Below, one piece after another: positions 39,772 to 48,138 of a stretch of 64,000 bases of DNA; position 1 is the stretch's first letter; every line of letters starts with the position of its first letter. A model generated the notes under the pieces. The model did no database searches. It worked only from the letters and a program-made list of their open reading frames with translations, and had not been told where the DNA came from. This DNA comes from an uncultured bacterium. Its GTDB lineage: Bacteria; Patescibacteriota; Saccharimonadia; UBA4664. Made by a program: the position numbers and the translations under genes. The stretch spans positions 200,704 through 264,703 of the forward strand of contig CAVRET010000002.1 in assembly GCA_963720265.1 (NCBI GenBank), written 5' to 3'.

Positions 39772-40833
39772 CTATAGCGATTGCTTCCAAAAAGCAGTCG
39801 TTCGCTGCAAAAATAACGCCAGGTTCTCCGAGCTTGCTAGTTGGTGGTCGTCTCCCGAATAGGTATAAAGCGTCACCGTCTTGTGCGCCTTCGCGAGCGC
39901 GCTATCAAGTTCGCTTGAAAACGTATACGGCACCACGCTGTCATCCAGGTCTGCGTCAATCTGTACCGGTCCGTGCGCGCCACTCACATAAGTAATGGCC
40001 GACGCTTCGTTCCAAAAACCGGGGTCGCTCTTGGGCGTGCCATACTGCTGTGTCAATGCCTGCAACTCGGCCTGCACAGCAGTTGCCGGTTGGTCATTTG
40101 GCGCCGGCGAGTTCGGCCAATTATAAAACAGATCGTACATCGACCCTACCACGCCGTTTACCAACACCGTCGCCGCTACATTCTGGCTAATAACGGCCAC
40201 ATTCAACGCCACGTGTCCGCCCATACTGTGACCGACCAGTCCAATGTGGGCCGGATTAATCGCCGGATTAGCCCGCAATGATGCAATCAGGTTCATCACG
40301 TCATAGGTATAATCCGGGTCCCAATGCCCGCTCACAGCGCTGCCACCGCTGTCGCCGTTGCCGCGCAAATCCGGCTGCACCACCACAAAGCCGGCCTGCG
40401 CCCAGGGCCCAATCCAGCTCGTGTAGGCATCGGATACTGTATTGTATTCAGCCGGGTCAATATACCCGTGCACGAGCACAATCACCGGCCAACCACCCTT
40501 TGGCATCGACCCATCCGGCTGAGCCCAATATGCATACTCGGTCAAGCCGTCCGAGGTAAATGTCACCACCTTAGCCGAGTAGCCGCCATACATTCCCACC
40601 TGTCGACTCGTTGTAATTGCGCTCGCCGTGTACTCCCGTGTCCGCATGGCCGGGATCGTAATTGGATTGAGGGCCGGTGTCTGGCTCGGCTGAACCGACG
40701 CCGAAGGACGCGCTGTTGTCTGCCCGGCCACCGGCGCCAGCTCCTGTCGCCTAGAGGCCCCCACGGCCGCAGCCGTCAGAATTACGACCACTACGGCTAG
40801 TAACACGTCATGTCGGCCAAACCGGCGCTTCAT
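39772..40833 (-). CDS. Secreted or membrane-anchored alpha/beta-hydrolase (S9 / dienelactone-hydrolase-like).
   Basis: N-terminal transmembrane/signal segment; nucleophile elbow GHSMGG; 353 aa. Confidence 0.75.
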   Translation of the reverse strand: MKRRFGRHDVLLAVVVVILTAAAVGASRRQELAPVAGQTTARPSASVQPSQTPALNPITIPAMRTREYTASAITTSRQVGMYGGYSAKVVTFTSDGLTEYAYWAQPDGSMPKGGWPVIVLVHGYIDPAEYNTVSDAYTSWIGPWAQAGFVVVQPDLRGNGDSGGSAVSGHWDPDYTYDVMNLIASLRANPAINPAHIGLVGHSMGGHVALNVAVISQNVAATVLVNGVVGSMYDLFYNWPNSPAPNDQPATAVQAELQALTQQYGTPKSDPGFWNEASAITYVSGAHGPVQIDADLDDSVVPYTFSSELDSALAKAHKTVTLYTYSGDDHQLASSENLALFLQRTTAFWKQSL

Positions 40834-40957
40834 ACGTCAACCCTAACCCGTAATTAGGAAACCGCAAAGCTCAACCCTTAGTTGAACACTCCGATTCTCT
40901 CAGGAGTCGCGGCCACCTGCGTGGCCGCGACTCCTGCCGTGTCACCCTCCTTGCTCG

Positions 40958-41291
40958 TCAATGTGATGCCGCCACTGCCGCCAGCGCCCGGCTGCTGGAC
41001 TCACCGATCAGGACACCGACAATGACCCGCCTGCCAAACCAGACCACAGTCTTCACATACTGGAAGACGTACTCCCGCAGTCCCAGCGCACCCGGACCAT
41101 ATACGACGTACCGGTCTTCCTCCGCCCAGCCGAAGCGGGCGTAGGCTGGAGTGCCATCACCCCGTTTCATGAGCTTGTTGTCGGCCGGATCCCAGGCTGC
41201 CACTATCGGGCTGCCACCGGGGGTACGCCGCAATGCGACCCACACTCGATTGTCCGTCGCCTCGACCTTGCTAACGTCTGCGCTTGCCATC
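40958..41291 (-). CDS. Small hypothetical protein (about 111 aa, start MASADVSK...).
   Basis: SD AGGAGGGTGAGG immediately upstream of the ATG; a paralog of the adjacent small gene. Confidence 0.5.
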
Positions 41292-41319
41292 CTCACCCTC
41301 CTATTCGCCGTTCCGGCGG

Positions 41320-41622
41320 TCATGTCGCCAGTATTCCGCCGGTTTCGTTGTCCGCAGCAGCCGGTAGGGTCAGCATGCCGACGATGATCGTCGTGCCGCC
41401 GGTCCCGACCAGTCGCTGCTTGAGCCGGAGCGCCACCTGAACCTGACGCCAGTCCAATACGCTGAAAACGTCGTCTCCCAGGTCCTCCCACGAGAAACCG
41501 GAGTAGTCGCGTTCGTCCTCGGCCACCAGGCCACCGCTGTCATCTTCGGCCCAGGGAACAACAACTTTGACGCCGCGATTCCTCTGCAGGGCCACTATCT
41601 GCGGCCCGCTCGGATTGGGCAT
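41320..41622 (-). CDS. Small hypothetical protein (about 100 aa, start MPNPSGPQ...).
   Basis: SD GGAGGAGG with a 6-nt spacer. It shares the GxP-IVA...WAE(D/E)D pattern with the 40958..41291 product. Confidence 0.5.
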   Translation of the reverse strand: MPNPSGPQIVALQRNRGVKVVVPWAEDDSGGLVAEDERDYSGFSWEDLGDDVFSVLDWRQVQVALRLKQRLVGTGGTTIIVGMLTLPAAADNETGGILAT

Positions 41623-41734
41623 AACGTGCCTCCTCCCAACGCGGATGCTGTCGTACCGTAACACATTTAATCAAAAAAGTCTACATAACCAACGAGGAGC
41701 CAGCTGGCTCCTCGTTGGTTATTCCTCGTACTAC

Positions 41735-43369
41735 TTAGGTTGACGGACGAGTATCAATAACGCGCGCCGGATGCAGCCGTGCGGTCCGGCTGGTATAAAT
41801 ATCATCCACTAGCCGAGCACGGCTCGCTGACACTGCCGCCAGCTCCGTACTCGCACCGGCAATTGCCGGCACCGCTTCAGCCTCCACCTCTTGCGCTTCG
41901 CGGACCTCAGCCCGATTGGGCCTGCGGGCCTTAATCACCACGGCAGCCACCAGACTCGCCGTCACGGCAAACAGTGCCGCGGCCGCAAATCCCCGTTGGA
42001 ACCCGTGTACCAGCGCCGCCGGCACCGCTGCCGCCAGCACTGCCTTGGCCGCGAGCGGGTTTGTAGCACTTGCCGCAGCCGAGGCCGCGTTCGCCAGATC
42101 GGTTTTCGTCACTGACGTCGACACCACACTTAGCACCGCAAGCCCTATCGCCCCGCCAATCTGTTGCCCCGTATTAAGCAGCCCCGAAACCAGCCCCGAT
42201 TCCTCTTGGGATGTGCCGGTCGTGGTCACAATCGTAGTCGTCACAAACACCGCCGCCATACCCGCTGCCATCAAGGCCACGCCCGGGAAAATGTCAGTCC
42301 AATAACTAGCATGCACCGGAAGCCGAGCAAAGTACGCCAGCCCTGCCGCCACCACCAGCGGCGCTATCACCAAGATAGGCTTGGGATTGATCTTGCCAAT
42401 AAACCGTGACAAAACTCCTGCTACGACGATCAGTATGAGGGTAAATGGCACATCCGCCACACCGGTCATGGTCGGCGAATAGCGCAGAATCTGCTGCAGG
42501 TAAATCGACAGGTAAAAGAACATCCCAAATATGGCCGCCGGCATCAGCAACTGAATAGTCGTGCCGCCGCTCACATTCCGCCGCTTAAAGATACTCAACT
42601 TGATGAGCGGCTGCTTGCGCAACAGCTCATTCACAATAAACAGGATCATTAACACGGCCGACAACCCAAACGCACCCAGCGTCACGTCATTGCCCCAGCC
42701 CTTGGTCGGCACCTGCGCCAACGCGTACACCAGGCTCATTAAGCTCCCGGTCACCGTCACCGCACCGGCAATATCCATGCTCGTCCGCGCGGTCGGCAAA
42801 CTCTTGGGCACAAACCTCAGGGAAAGGATCAGTACCACAATCGCAATCGGTACGTTAATAAAGAAGATCCAGCGCCAGTCCACGTACTGGGTCAGCAGGC
42901 CGCCAAGCAAGAGTCCAACTGCTCCGCCACCGCCGGCCACCATGCTCCATAGTCCCAGCGCCCGGTTGCGCTCCTGCCCCTCCTTAAAGATCGTCAGCAC
43001 CAGCGACAGCGCAGATGGTGCCAGCAGCGCCCCGCCCAGTCCTTGCAGCGCCCTAAATGTCACGAGCATAGCCGGGCTTTGCGAAAACCCACCAATCAGC
43101 GACGCCGACGCAAATAACGCCACACCGGCCATAAAGATCCGACGCCGGCCAAACAAATCAGCCAACCGCCCACCGAGCAGCAAGAAACCGCCAAACACGA
43201 GCGCATAGGCCGTTACCACCCACTGTAATTGCGACGCGTTTGTAAAACCAAGCGCCTTTTGGATCGCGGGTAGGGCCACGTTTACGATCGTAGCGTCCAA
43301 AATCACCATAAACTGCGCTGCGGCTAGTACCGCCAGCGCCAATCCCTTATGTTTCACAGCCTCAATCAT
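41735..43369 (-). CDS. MFS transporter, DHA2 (EmrB/QacA) drug-efflux family with 14 transmembrane segments.
   Basis: 544 aa; MFS motif A GRLADLFGRRR; 14 hydrophobic segments. Confidence 0.88.
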   Translation of the reverse strand: MIEAVKHKGLALAVLAAAQFMVILDATIVNVALPAIQKALGFTNASQLQWVVTAYALVFGGFLLLGGRLADLFGRRRIFMAGVALFASASLIGGFSQSPAMLVTFRALQGLGGALLAPSALSLVLTIFKEGQERNRALGLWSMVAGGGGAVGLLLGGLLTQYVDWRWIFFINVPIAIVVLILSLRFVPKSLPTARTSMDIAGAVTVTGSLMSLVYALAQVPTKGWGNDVTLGAFGLSAVLMILFIVNELLRKQPLIKLSIFKRRNVSGGTTIQLLMPAAIFGMFFYLSIYLQQILRYSPTMTGVADVPFTLILIVVAGVLSRFIGKINPKPILVIAPLVVAAGLAYFARLPVHASYWTDIFPGVALMAAGMAAVFVTTTIVTTTGTSQEESGLVSGLLNTGQQIGGAIGLAVLSVVSTSVTKTDLANAASAAASATNPLAAKAVLAAAVPAALVHGFQRGFAAAALFAVTASLVAAVVIKARRPNRAEVREAQEVEAEAVPAIAGASTELAAVSASRARLVDDIYTSRTARLHPARVIDTRPST

Positions 43370-43482
43370 GTGCGTCTCCCGTGCTCAAACTTATTTTGCT
43401 ATTCAGATATTTATTATTACTGAATGTAGTATATCTCAATGTTTGAGGTTGTCAAATATTTAATACGTAGTACAATGAAGAC
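43370..43482. promoter_or_regulatory. AT-rich divergent marR/MFS control region with the palindrome ATTCAG-N13-CTGAAT (43401-43425) and a marR promoter TTGTCA-16-TACAAT with the ATG 6 nt downstream.
   Basis: Read directly from the sequence. Confidence 0.6.
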
Positions 43483-43905
43483 ATGAATATCACGTCTGAA
43501 CAAGTCTGCCAGGATTTACTGGGTTTAATCGGCCGCATCAAGACGAGCCTTGCCAGTCTCTCCGAAAAATACGACCTTACCATCATGCAGGTCCACGCGC
43601 TCTATGCGATCTCACAAGGTGACGCCACCATGGGCCAAGTTGCAACCACCCTGCACTGTGACGCCTCAAACGTTACCGGTATCGTCGACCGCCTGGTGGC
43701 CGGCCACCTCATTACCCGCCAGGAAGGCACCCAGGACCGCCGCACCAAGACCCTCCAGCTCACCGATAAGGGCCACGCCGCCGTAAATGACATCTACGCA
43801 AATCTCCCCGCCCAACTCGGCTGCAGCCGCTTAAGCGACGACGAGCGCACCACCCTCCACGGTATCGTTACCAAACTCATCGCCGACGCGCCGGTTAAGG
43901 CCTAA
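43483..43905 (+). CDS. MarR-family transcriptional regulator.
   Basis: wHTH typical of MarR; divergent from the MFS efflux gene. Confidence 0.85.
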   Translation: MNITSEQVCQDLLGLIGRIKTSLASLSEKYDLTIMQVHALYAISQGDATMGQVATTLHCDASNVTGIVDRLVAGHLITRQEGTQDRRTKTLQLTDKGHAAVNDIYANLPAQLGCSRLSDDERTTLHGIVTKLIADAPVKA

Positions 43906-44045
43906 AAACAACAAAGACCAGAGGTCTCAATAATTCTCGATATTTGAATGCTCAGGTCTCCGCAGGAGCACGAACCCTATCTAACGGGTCCGGGCTCCTG
44001 GGCATAATGTATCTCGAGCGGTCTAGTTGAGTCCGAACTACAAGG

Positions 44046-44399
44046 CTAGATGGCGCCCGTGTAGGCTTTCACAGCCCCCAATTGCTTGCGAAACTCAGAC
44101 CATTGCGCGTCGGCCGAAGCTCTCACGCCCTTCCATGCCACACCTGCAGACGGAAGCCGCGCCTCAGTCTCCCTTGCCTGCTCAGCGTGGACCAGAGTGA
44201 GAAACAGCGCTCGCACGGCATTCGCGGCCTGTTCGGCGAGTTCGTAGGCACCGACGACAGTCGAATCCGCCGCTGCCATGTCACCGACCTGCATGAGTAT
44301 GGCCCTGAGCCGTTCGTCGAGCGCGGTAGCGACGAACCGAATTGCCGGGACACGAATCACGCTACGCTTGGATGCAGCCGCCTCACCAATGTAAAACAA
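44046..44399 (-). CDS. Hypothetical Ala-rich protein (weak call).
   Basis: GC-rich ORF of 117 aa with no motif. Confidence 0.25.
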   Translation of the reverse strand: MFYIGEAAASKRSVIRVPAIRFVATALDERLRAILMQVGDMAAADSTVVGAYELAEQAANAVRALFLTLVHAEQARETEARLPSAGVAWKGVRASADAQWSEFRKQLGAVKAYTGAI

Positions 44400-44456
44400 G
44401 CCTGCACGAAATTGTCGCGAAGCTCACCTCCGTCGAACCTGCGAACACGCAACACC

Positions 44457-44753
44457 TTACGTTTCTTCCATGTAATCTGCAACTATATTAACAATTTGTT
44501 GGACTTGAGGTGAGCAATTCTTGAACCAGACACAATCATACATGTCATCGCCATATTTCCTGATTGCTTCACTTATCAACGCATGCACAAAGGACTGGGT
44601 CGCTCCCGTGATTCCCTGAAAGTCTAGAGTGATGTCGCCACCTTTTTTAAGCACCGGAAAGATTTCATTTATCCGCAAATCCCGGGCCACATCCTTATTC
44701 TCTGCAAACTGACCAGTTAACCGAAGCAATTTTATTGTTTTCATTGTCCTCAA
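44457..44753 (-). CDS. DUF4325 / STAS-like domain protein (anti-sigma-antagonist-like fold).
   Basis: 98 aa. DFQGITGATQSFVHAL resembles the STAS phospho-loop. It lies 3 nt downstream of the GHKL ATPase gene. Confidence 0.6.
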   Translation of the reverse strand: MRTMKTIKLLRLTGQFAENKDVARDLRINEIFPVLKKGGDITLDFQGITGATQSFVHALISEAIRKYGDDMYDCVWFKNCSPQVQQIVNIVADYMEET

Positions 44754-44756
44754 GGG

Positions 44757-45740
44757 TTATATAAAATGCGGACGCTTGTAGCGAGCCTTTCTTCGCTCCC
44801 GCACTGCCGACGAGTAGGCTTTTCTAATCTCCTCCAGGAGGGAAGCAAACTCGCCAATTTTATCTAGAGAAATATCAATCGCCACCAGAGTCCCTTGCAG
44901 AAAAGGTGCCTCGTTAGTTGACGCATGCCTATCTTTGTTAGGATCAGCGTTCAAGCGAATTAACCTTACGTCTGGTCGACGCTTGAGCAAACGGTATACG
45001 CCGCTACCGCTGTAAATCATGAAATAGTCCCTGGTTAGCATCGCGATAGACTTCACAAAGAACAAACCTGCCCCAGCGTTCTCAGCAGTACCCCCCTCCC
45101 TAGTGGTTGTGCCGGATACTCCTGGAACCAAGGCCCACTTTATGGCATCAAGGTCAGACCGCGTGTGATTCGCCCAAACCTTAGCCATTGACTGACGAAT
45201 GCCAATGCCTGTATCGCAAATACCTAAGCGAATAACGTTTGAGTCCTGATAGTACTGAGCAGCAACGATAGCCCCATTTTCGGAATGGGAGTGCTCCAAC
45301 ACATTTCTTACTAGCTCGCCTACCGTGTATTTAATAGCATCGGCCTGAGATGGCTGGGCTTGGAGATGAAGCAGCGGCACAATATCGGATATAAACCTGG
45401 TTTGCTCAATTTGAGACTTAATTTGGGTCAACGGAATGAAGCGACCTGCGGGCTCATGACGCGTAATACTGAAAGGTGAGTCTACCCGAAGGATTTTGAA
45501 CAGCTGCATTCTGTCGAGATAATGGCCTGAGCGTGCTTTTATCTCATCAAAAAGGATTGATTCGAGCTTAACATTGAGACCAAGAGCAGCAACTAAAGTT
45601 AGGATGGCAGGATGCACACTTATCCATTTATCGTTAGTTGTCACCTCTAGCCTTGTTGGCTCTGAGGTATCAAGAAAGCGCAAAAATGAATCAATGTTCC
45701 GCAAATAATCGTTATTAGACAGGTGGACCTTCATAAGCAC
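44757..45740 (-). CDS. GHKL-superfamily ATPase (HATPase_c) with an N-terminal domain of about 130 aa of unknown function.
   Basis: N-box ELVRNVLEH, G1 box DTGIGI, G2 box GAGL. The ATG at 45734 or the GTG at 45740 could be the start. Confidence 0.65.
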   Translation of the reverse strand: MLMKVHLSNNDYLRNIDSFLRFLDTSEPTRLEVTTNDKWISVHPAILTLVAALGLNVKLESILFDEIKARSGHYLDRMQLFKILRVDSPFSITRHEPAGRFIPLTQIKSQIEQTRFISDIVPLLHLQAQPSQADAIKYTVGELVRNVLEHSHSENGAIVAAQYYQDSNVIRLGICDTGIGIRQSMAKVWANHTRSDLDAIKWALVPGVSGTTTREGGTAENAGAGLFFVKSIAMLTRDYFMIYSGSGVYRLLKRRPDVRLIRLNADPNKDRHASTNEAPFLQGTLVAIDISLDKIGEFASLLEEIRKAYSSAVRERRKARYKRPHFI

Positions 45741-45751
45741 TATTTTACCAG

Positions 45752-45829
45752 TAGGTTACGTTCTCAGTCAATACGTAACCTACCGGGTAAGAACCACTAG
45801 GTTACATAATTTCGCAGAACGTAACCTAG
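45752..45829. promoter_or_regulatory. Two similar palindromes, TAGGTTACG-N13-CGTAACCTA (45752-45782) and CTAGGTTAC-N15-GTAACCTAG (45797-45829), directly upstream of the GHKL ATPase gene; candidate operators.
   Basis: The inverted repeats can be read directly. Related GTTACGA motifs recur at 47069-47181. Confidence 0.55.
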
Positions 45830-45993
45830 AGGCAACGACGCGATCGTAAGCAGAACCCATACTGAGCCAGTACAAACCAGAAACTACGCGTTCAACCATT
45901 AACCGTGATAATGCTTACTACTCGATCCGGATGAGCTGTTGTGGCTGAACAAAGGCATAAACGTTTGATCTTCCATTTAGCCCGCGCTAATTC

Positions 45994-47058
45994 CTACTTG
46001 CTATCGGCGTTTTCGTCCATGTCACGCGGTGGAAAGAAGTAGCTAACCGAAGAATCCGCCAGCTGATCCAAAAACAGCTCTCGGAGGTTCGCGAGTGAGC
46101 CTTGTTCATAGAACAAGATCAGTGCGGCCTTATAAGCCTCGATATCCACACTCCGGTATGACAGTGGCGGAAAGCCGTAGGCTAGCAAAACAGCGTTAGC
46201 GAGCAGGCGTGACGTACGCTTATTACCATCAACAAATGCTTGAAGATACGGCAACAGTACCAGGCACGCCATAGCCTTCTCGAGTGGCTGTTCTAACCCA
46301 TTGATCGTATCAATTGCATCACGCATATAGGTATTAAGCTCAGCCTGACTGGCGGGCGGAATGTACACCGTACCCGTAATACCCACCGGCTCGTTGCGCA
46401 GTCCAAACTGCACCTCCAAGCCCTCGACCAGCAACTGATGAATCTCCTCGATCTTACCCTTGGTAAGCATCCGGTAATCCTCCGGGTGCTCCCAGATGTA
46501 ATCAAAGGCTTTTTTGTGATTTAAAATCATCACCGCTTCAAAGTGTTCGTGGCCCGGTGCTTCTTTGGCATCTTGCAGTAGTCGCTCCGTATCGAGCAAC
46601 GTATATGTATTCCCCTCGATCTTTGAGCTCTTCCAACTCAGTTCAATTACAAACCGCTCTCGTTCTTTTTGTGCACTAACAGTATTACCTAGCTCTTGCC
46701 GCCGCTTTACGCCGATTTGGATACCTGTAGGTACGTCGAAAATCGTGCCACGGATAGTTTTAAACAAATCGGGCTCAATGTGCCTGTAGCGGGCCTGGCG
46801 CTGATCTGGTTCCTGGGCTAGATACGCTTTAGCATCCCAAACGACCGCTGTTTTCCCTTTCCCAGTGATGGCATAGACGGTCGCTCGGGCCTCTCCATAC
46901 GTCTCAACATATCCCTGGTCTACTAGCTGGCCGAGCTCACGAATTGTATTAATCCGGCTCTCCCCTGTCGCCTGCTGGATGGCAACACGAGCCAGCTTGT
47001 CGAAGGTGGCAAGCAAACGCAGAATTTTCTTAGAACGATCAGTTATCGTAACATTCAT
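45994..47058 (-). CDS. Fic/DOC-family protein with an N-terminal wHTH and a degenerate Fic motif (QAFVDGNKR instead of HPFx[DE]GNGR).
   Basis: Fic fold; motif ...LPYLQAFVDGNKRTSRLLANAVL; 354 aa. Confidence 0.75.
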   Translation of the reverse strand: MNVTITDRSKKILRLLATFDKLARVAIQQATGESRINTIRELGQLVDQGYVETYGEARATVYAITGKGKTAVVWDAKAYLAQEPDQRQARYRHIEPDLFKTIRGTIFDVPTGIQIGVKRRQELGNTVSAQKERERFVIELSWKSSKIEGNTYTLLDTERLLQDAKEAPGHEHFEAVMILNHKKAFDYIWEHPEDYRMLTKGKIEEIHQLLVEGLEVQFGLRNEPVGITGTVYIPPASQAELNTYMRDAIDTINGLEQPLEKAMACLVLLPYLQAFVDGNKRTSRLLANAVLLAYGFPPLSYRSVDIEAYKAALILFYEQGSLANLRELFLDQLADSSVSYFFPPRDMDENADSK

Positions 47059-47328
47059 ATACTAGTATCGTAGCACGAGTGTTACGATTAGGCAACGCTT
47101 TTGTTACGATTTAGACATTTCGTGACACGTACGGCCCAGAATCATAACATATTGATACGAATAAGCATCTTAAATGTTACGAAGCCAATGCACGCTAACC
47201 ACATGAATTTACACCGTTATAGTCCGCAACTCTGTAAGCCAACCGGATGCAATCTCGGTCCAATACCAAAAAGGGAGTCCTAGGCTCATCTTGGTCGCAC
47301 GTTCTGCACCCATCTGTATAATGTGCGC

Positions 47329-48063
47329 ATGAAGATCATCCAATTAAACCTCTGGCTGGGCCACATCCTTGATGCCGCCCTCGCCTATATCGACCGCGAA
47401 AACCCCGACGTTCTCTGCGCCCAGGAAGTTAATAGTGCCGAGCATGGCTACGGGCTGTTCGCCTCATACCAAACCCACCAGCGGATGTCTGAGCTCTTCC
47501 CGTACCAGTTCTTCGCGCCCACCTATTCATACCAAGCTCTCGGAGAAACAGTTCAGTATGGCAATGCCATCTACTCTCAACTCCCGCTCGAAAACACCTC
47601 GGTCACATTTACAGCCGGGGCTTACAAAGACAACCGCACTATAGGCAGTCGTGGCTTCGAAATCCGCAATCTCCAAGTCTGCGAAGTCAACCATGGAGAT
47701 GGGGTACTCACCATCGCCAACCACCACGGGTATCACACTCCGAGTCCTGAGGACACCGCCGACACCATCGCGTCGATGCACCAGACTGCCAAACGGCTGC
47801 GGCAAGTCAAAACTCCGCTGGTATTATGTGGCGACATGAACGCAGGCCCCACCAGCCGCACGCTCGCCCAACTGGAGCCTTTGGGGCTTCGTAACCTCAC
47901 CGTCGAACATCACATCACCCATACCCTTTCGAGCGTCCACCGGATCAAGGCCGGCGCGGTGAGTGACTACATCCTCGTGAGCCCTAACCTCACCGTTACT
48001 GGGTTCCATGAAGCCAACGAGATAGTGTCCGATCACAAAGCGCTCGCGCTCACACTAGCTTAA
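47329..48063 (+). CDS. Endonuclease/exonuclease/phosphatase (EEP) family protein (the track start is GTG at 47323; the ATG at 47329 is the likely leaderless start).
   Basis: EEP motifs including the C-terminal SDH. TATAAT at 47317-47322 lies 6 nt before the ATG. Confidence 0.7.
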   Translation: MKIIQLNLWLGHILDAALAYIDRENPDVLCAQEVNSAEHGYGLFASYQTHQRMSELFPYQFFAPTYSYQALGETVQYGNAIYSQLPLENTSVTFTAGAYKDNRTIGSRGFEIRNLQVCEVNHGDGVLTIANHHGYHTPSPEDTADTIASMHQTAKRLRQVKTPLVLCGDMNAGPTSRTLAQLEPLGLRNLTVEHHITHTLSSVHRIKAGAVSDYILVSPNLTVTGFHEANEIVSDHKALALTLA

Positions 48064-48084
48064 TAATCATCTGCCGATCAACCA

Positions 48085-48112
48085 AAGAAGCACCCCAAAA
48101 GAGGTGCTTCTT
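48085..48112. terminator. 10-bp hairpin AAGAAGCACC / GGTGCTTCTT between the convergent EEP gene and rpoD.
   Basis: The inverted repeat can be read directly. Confidence 0.5.
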
Positions 48113-48138
48113 GAGTTTCGTACGTAATCGAGCCGAAA

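Noticed and set aside
44400-47322. Flanking direct repeats or att sites delimiting the low-GC island.
   Set aside because: Only an 8-bp inverted match (CACGAAAT/ATTTCGTG) was found at the two edges. That is too short to call, and no integrase or recombinase is present.
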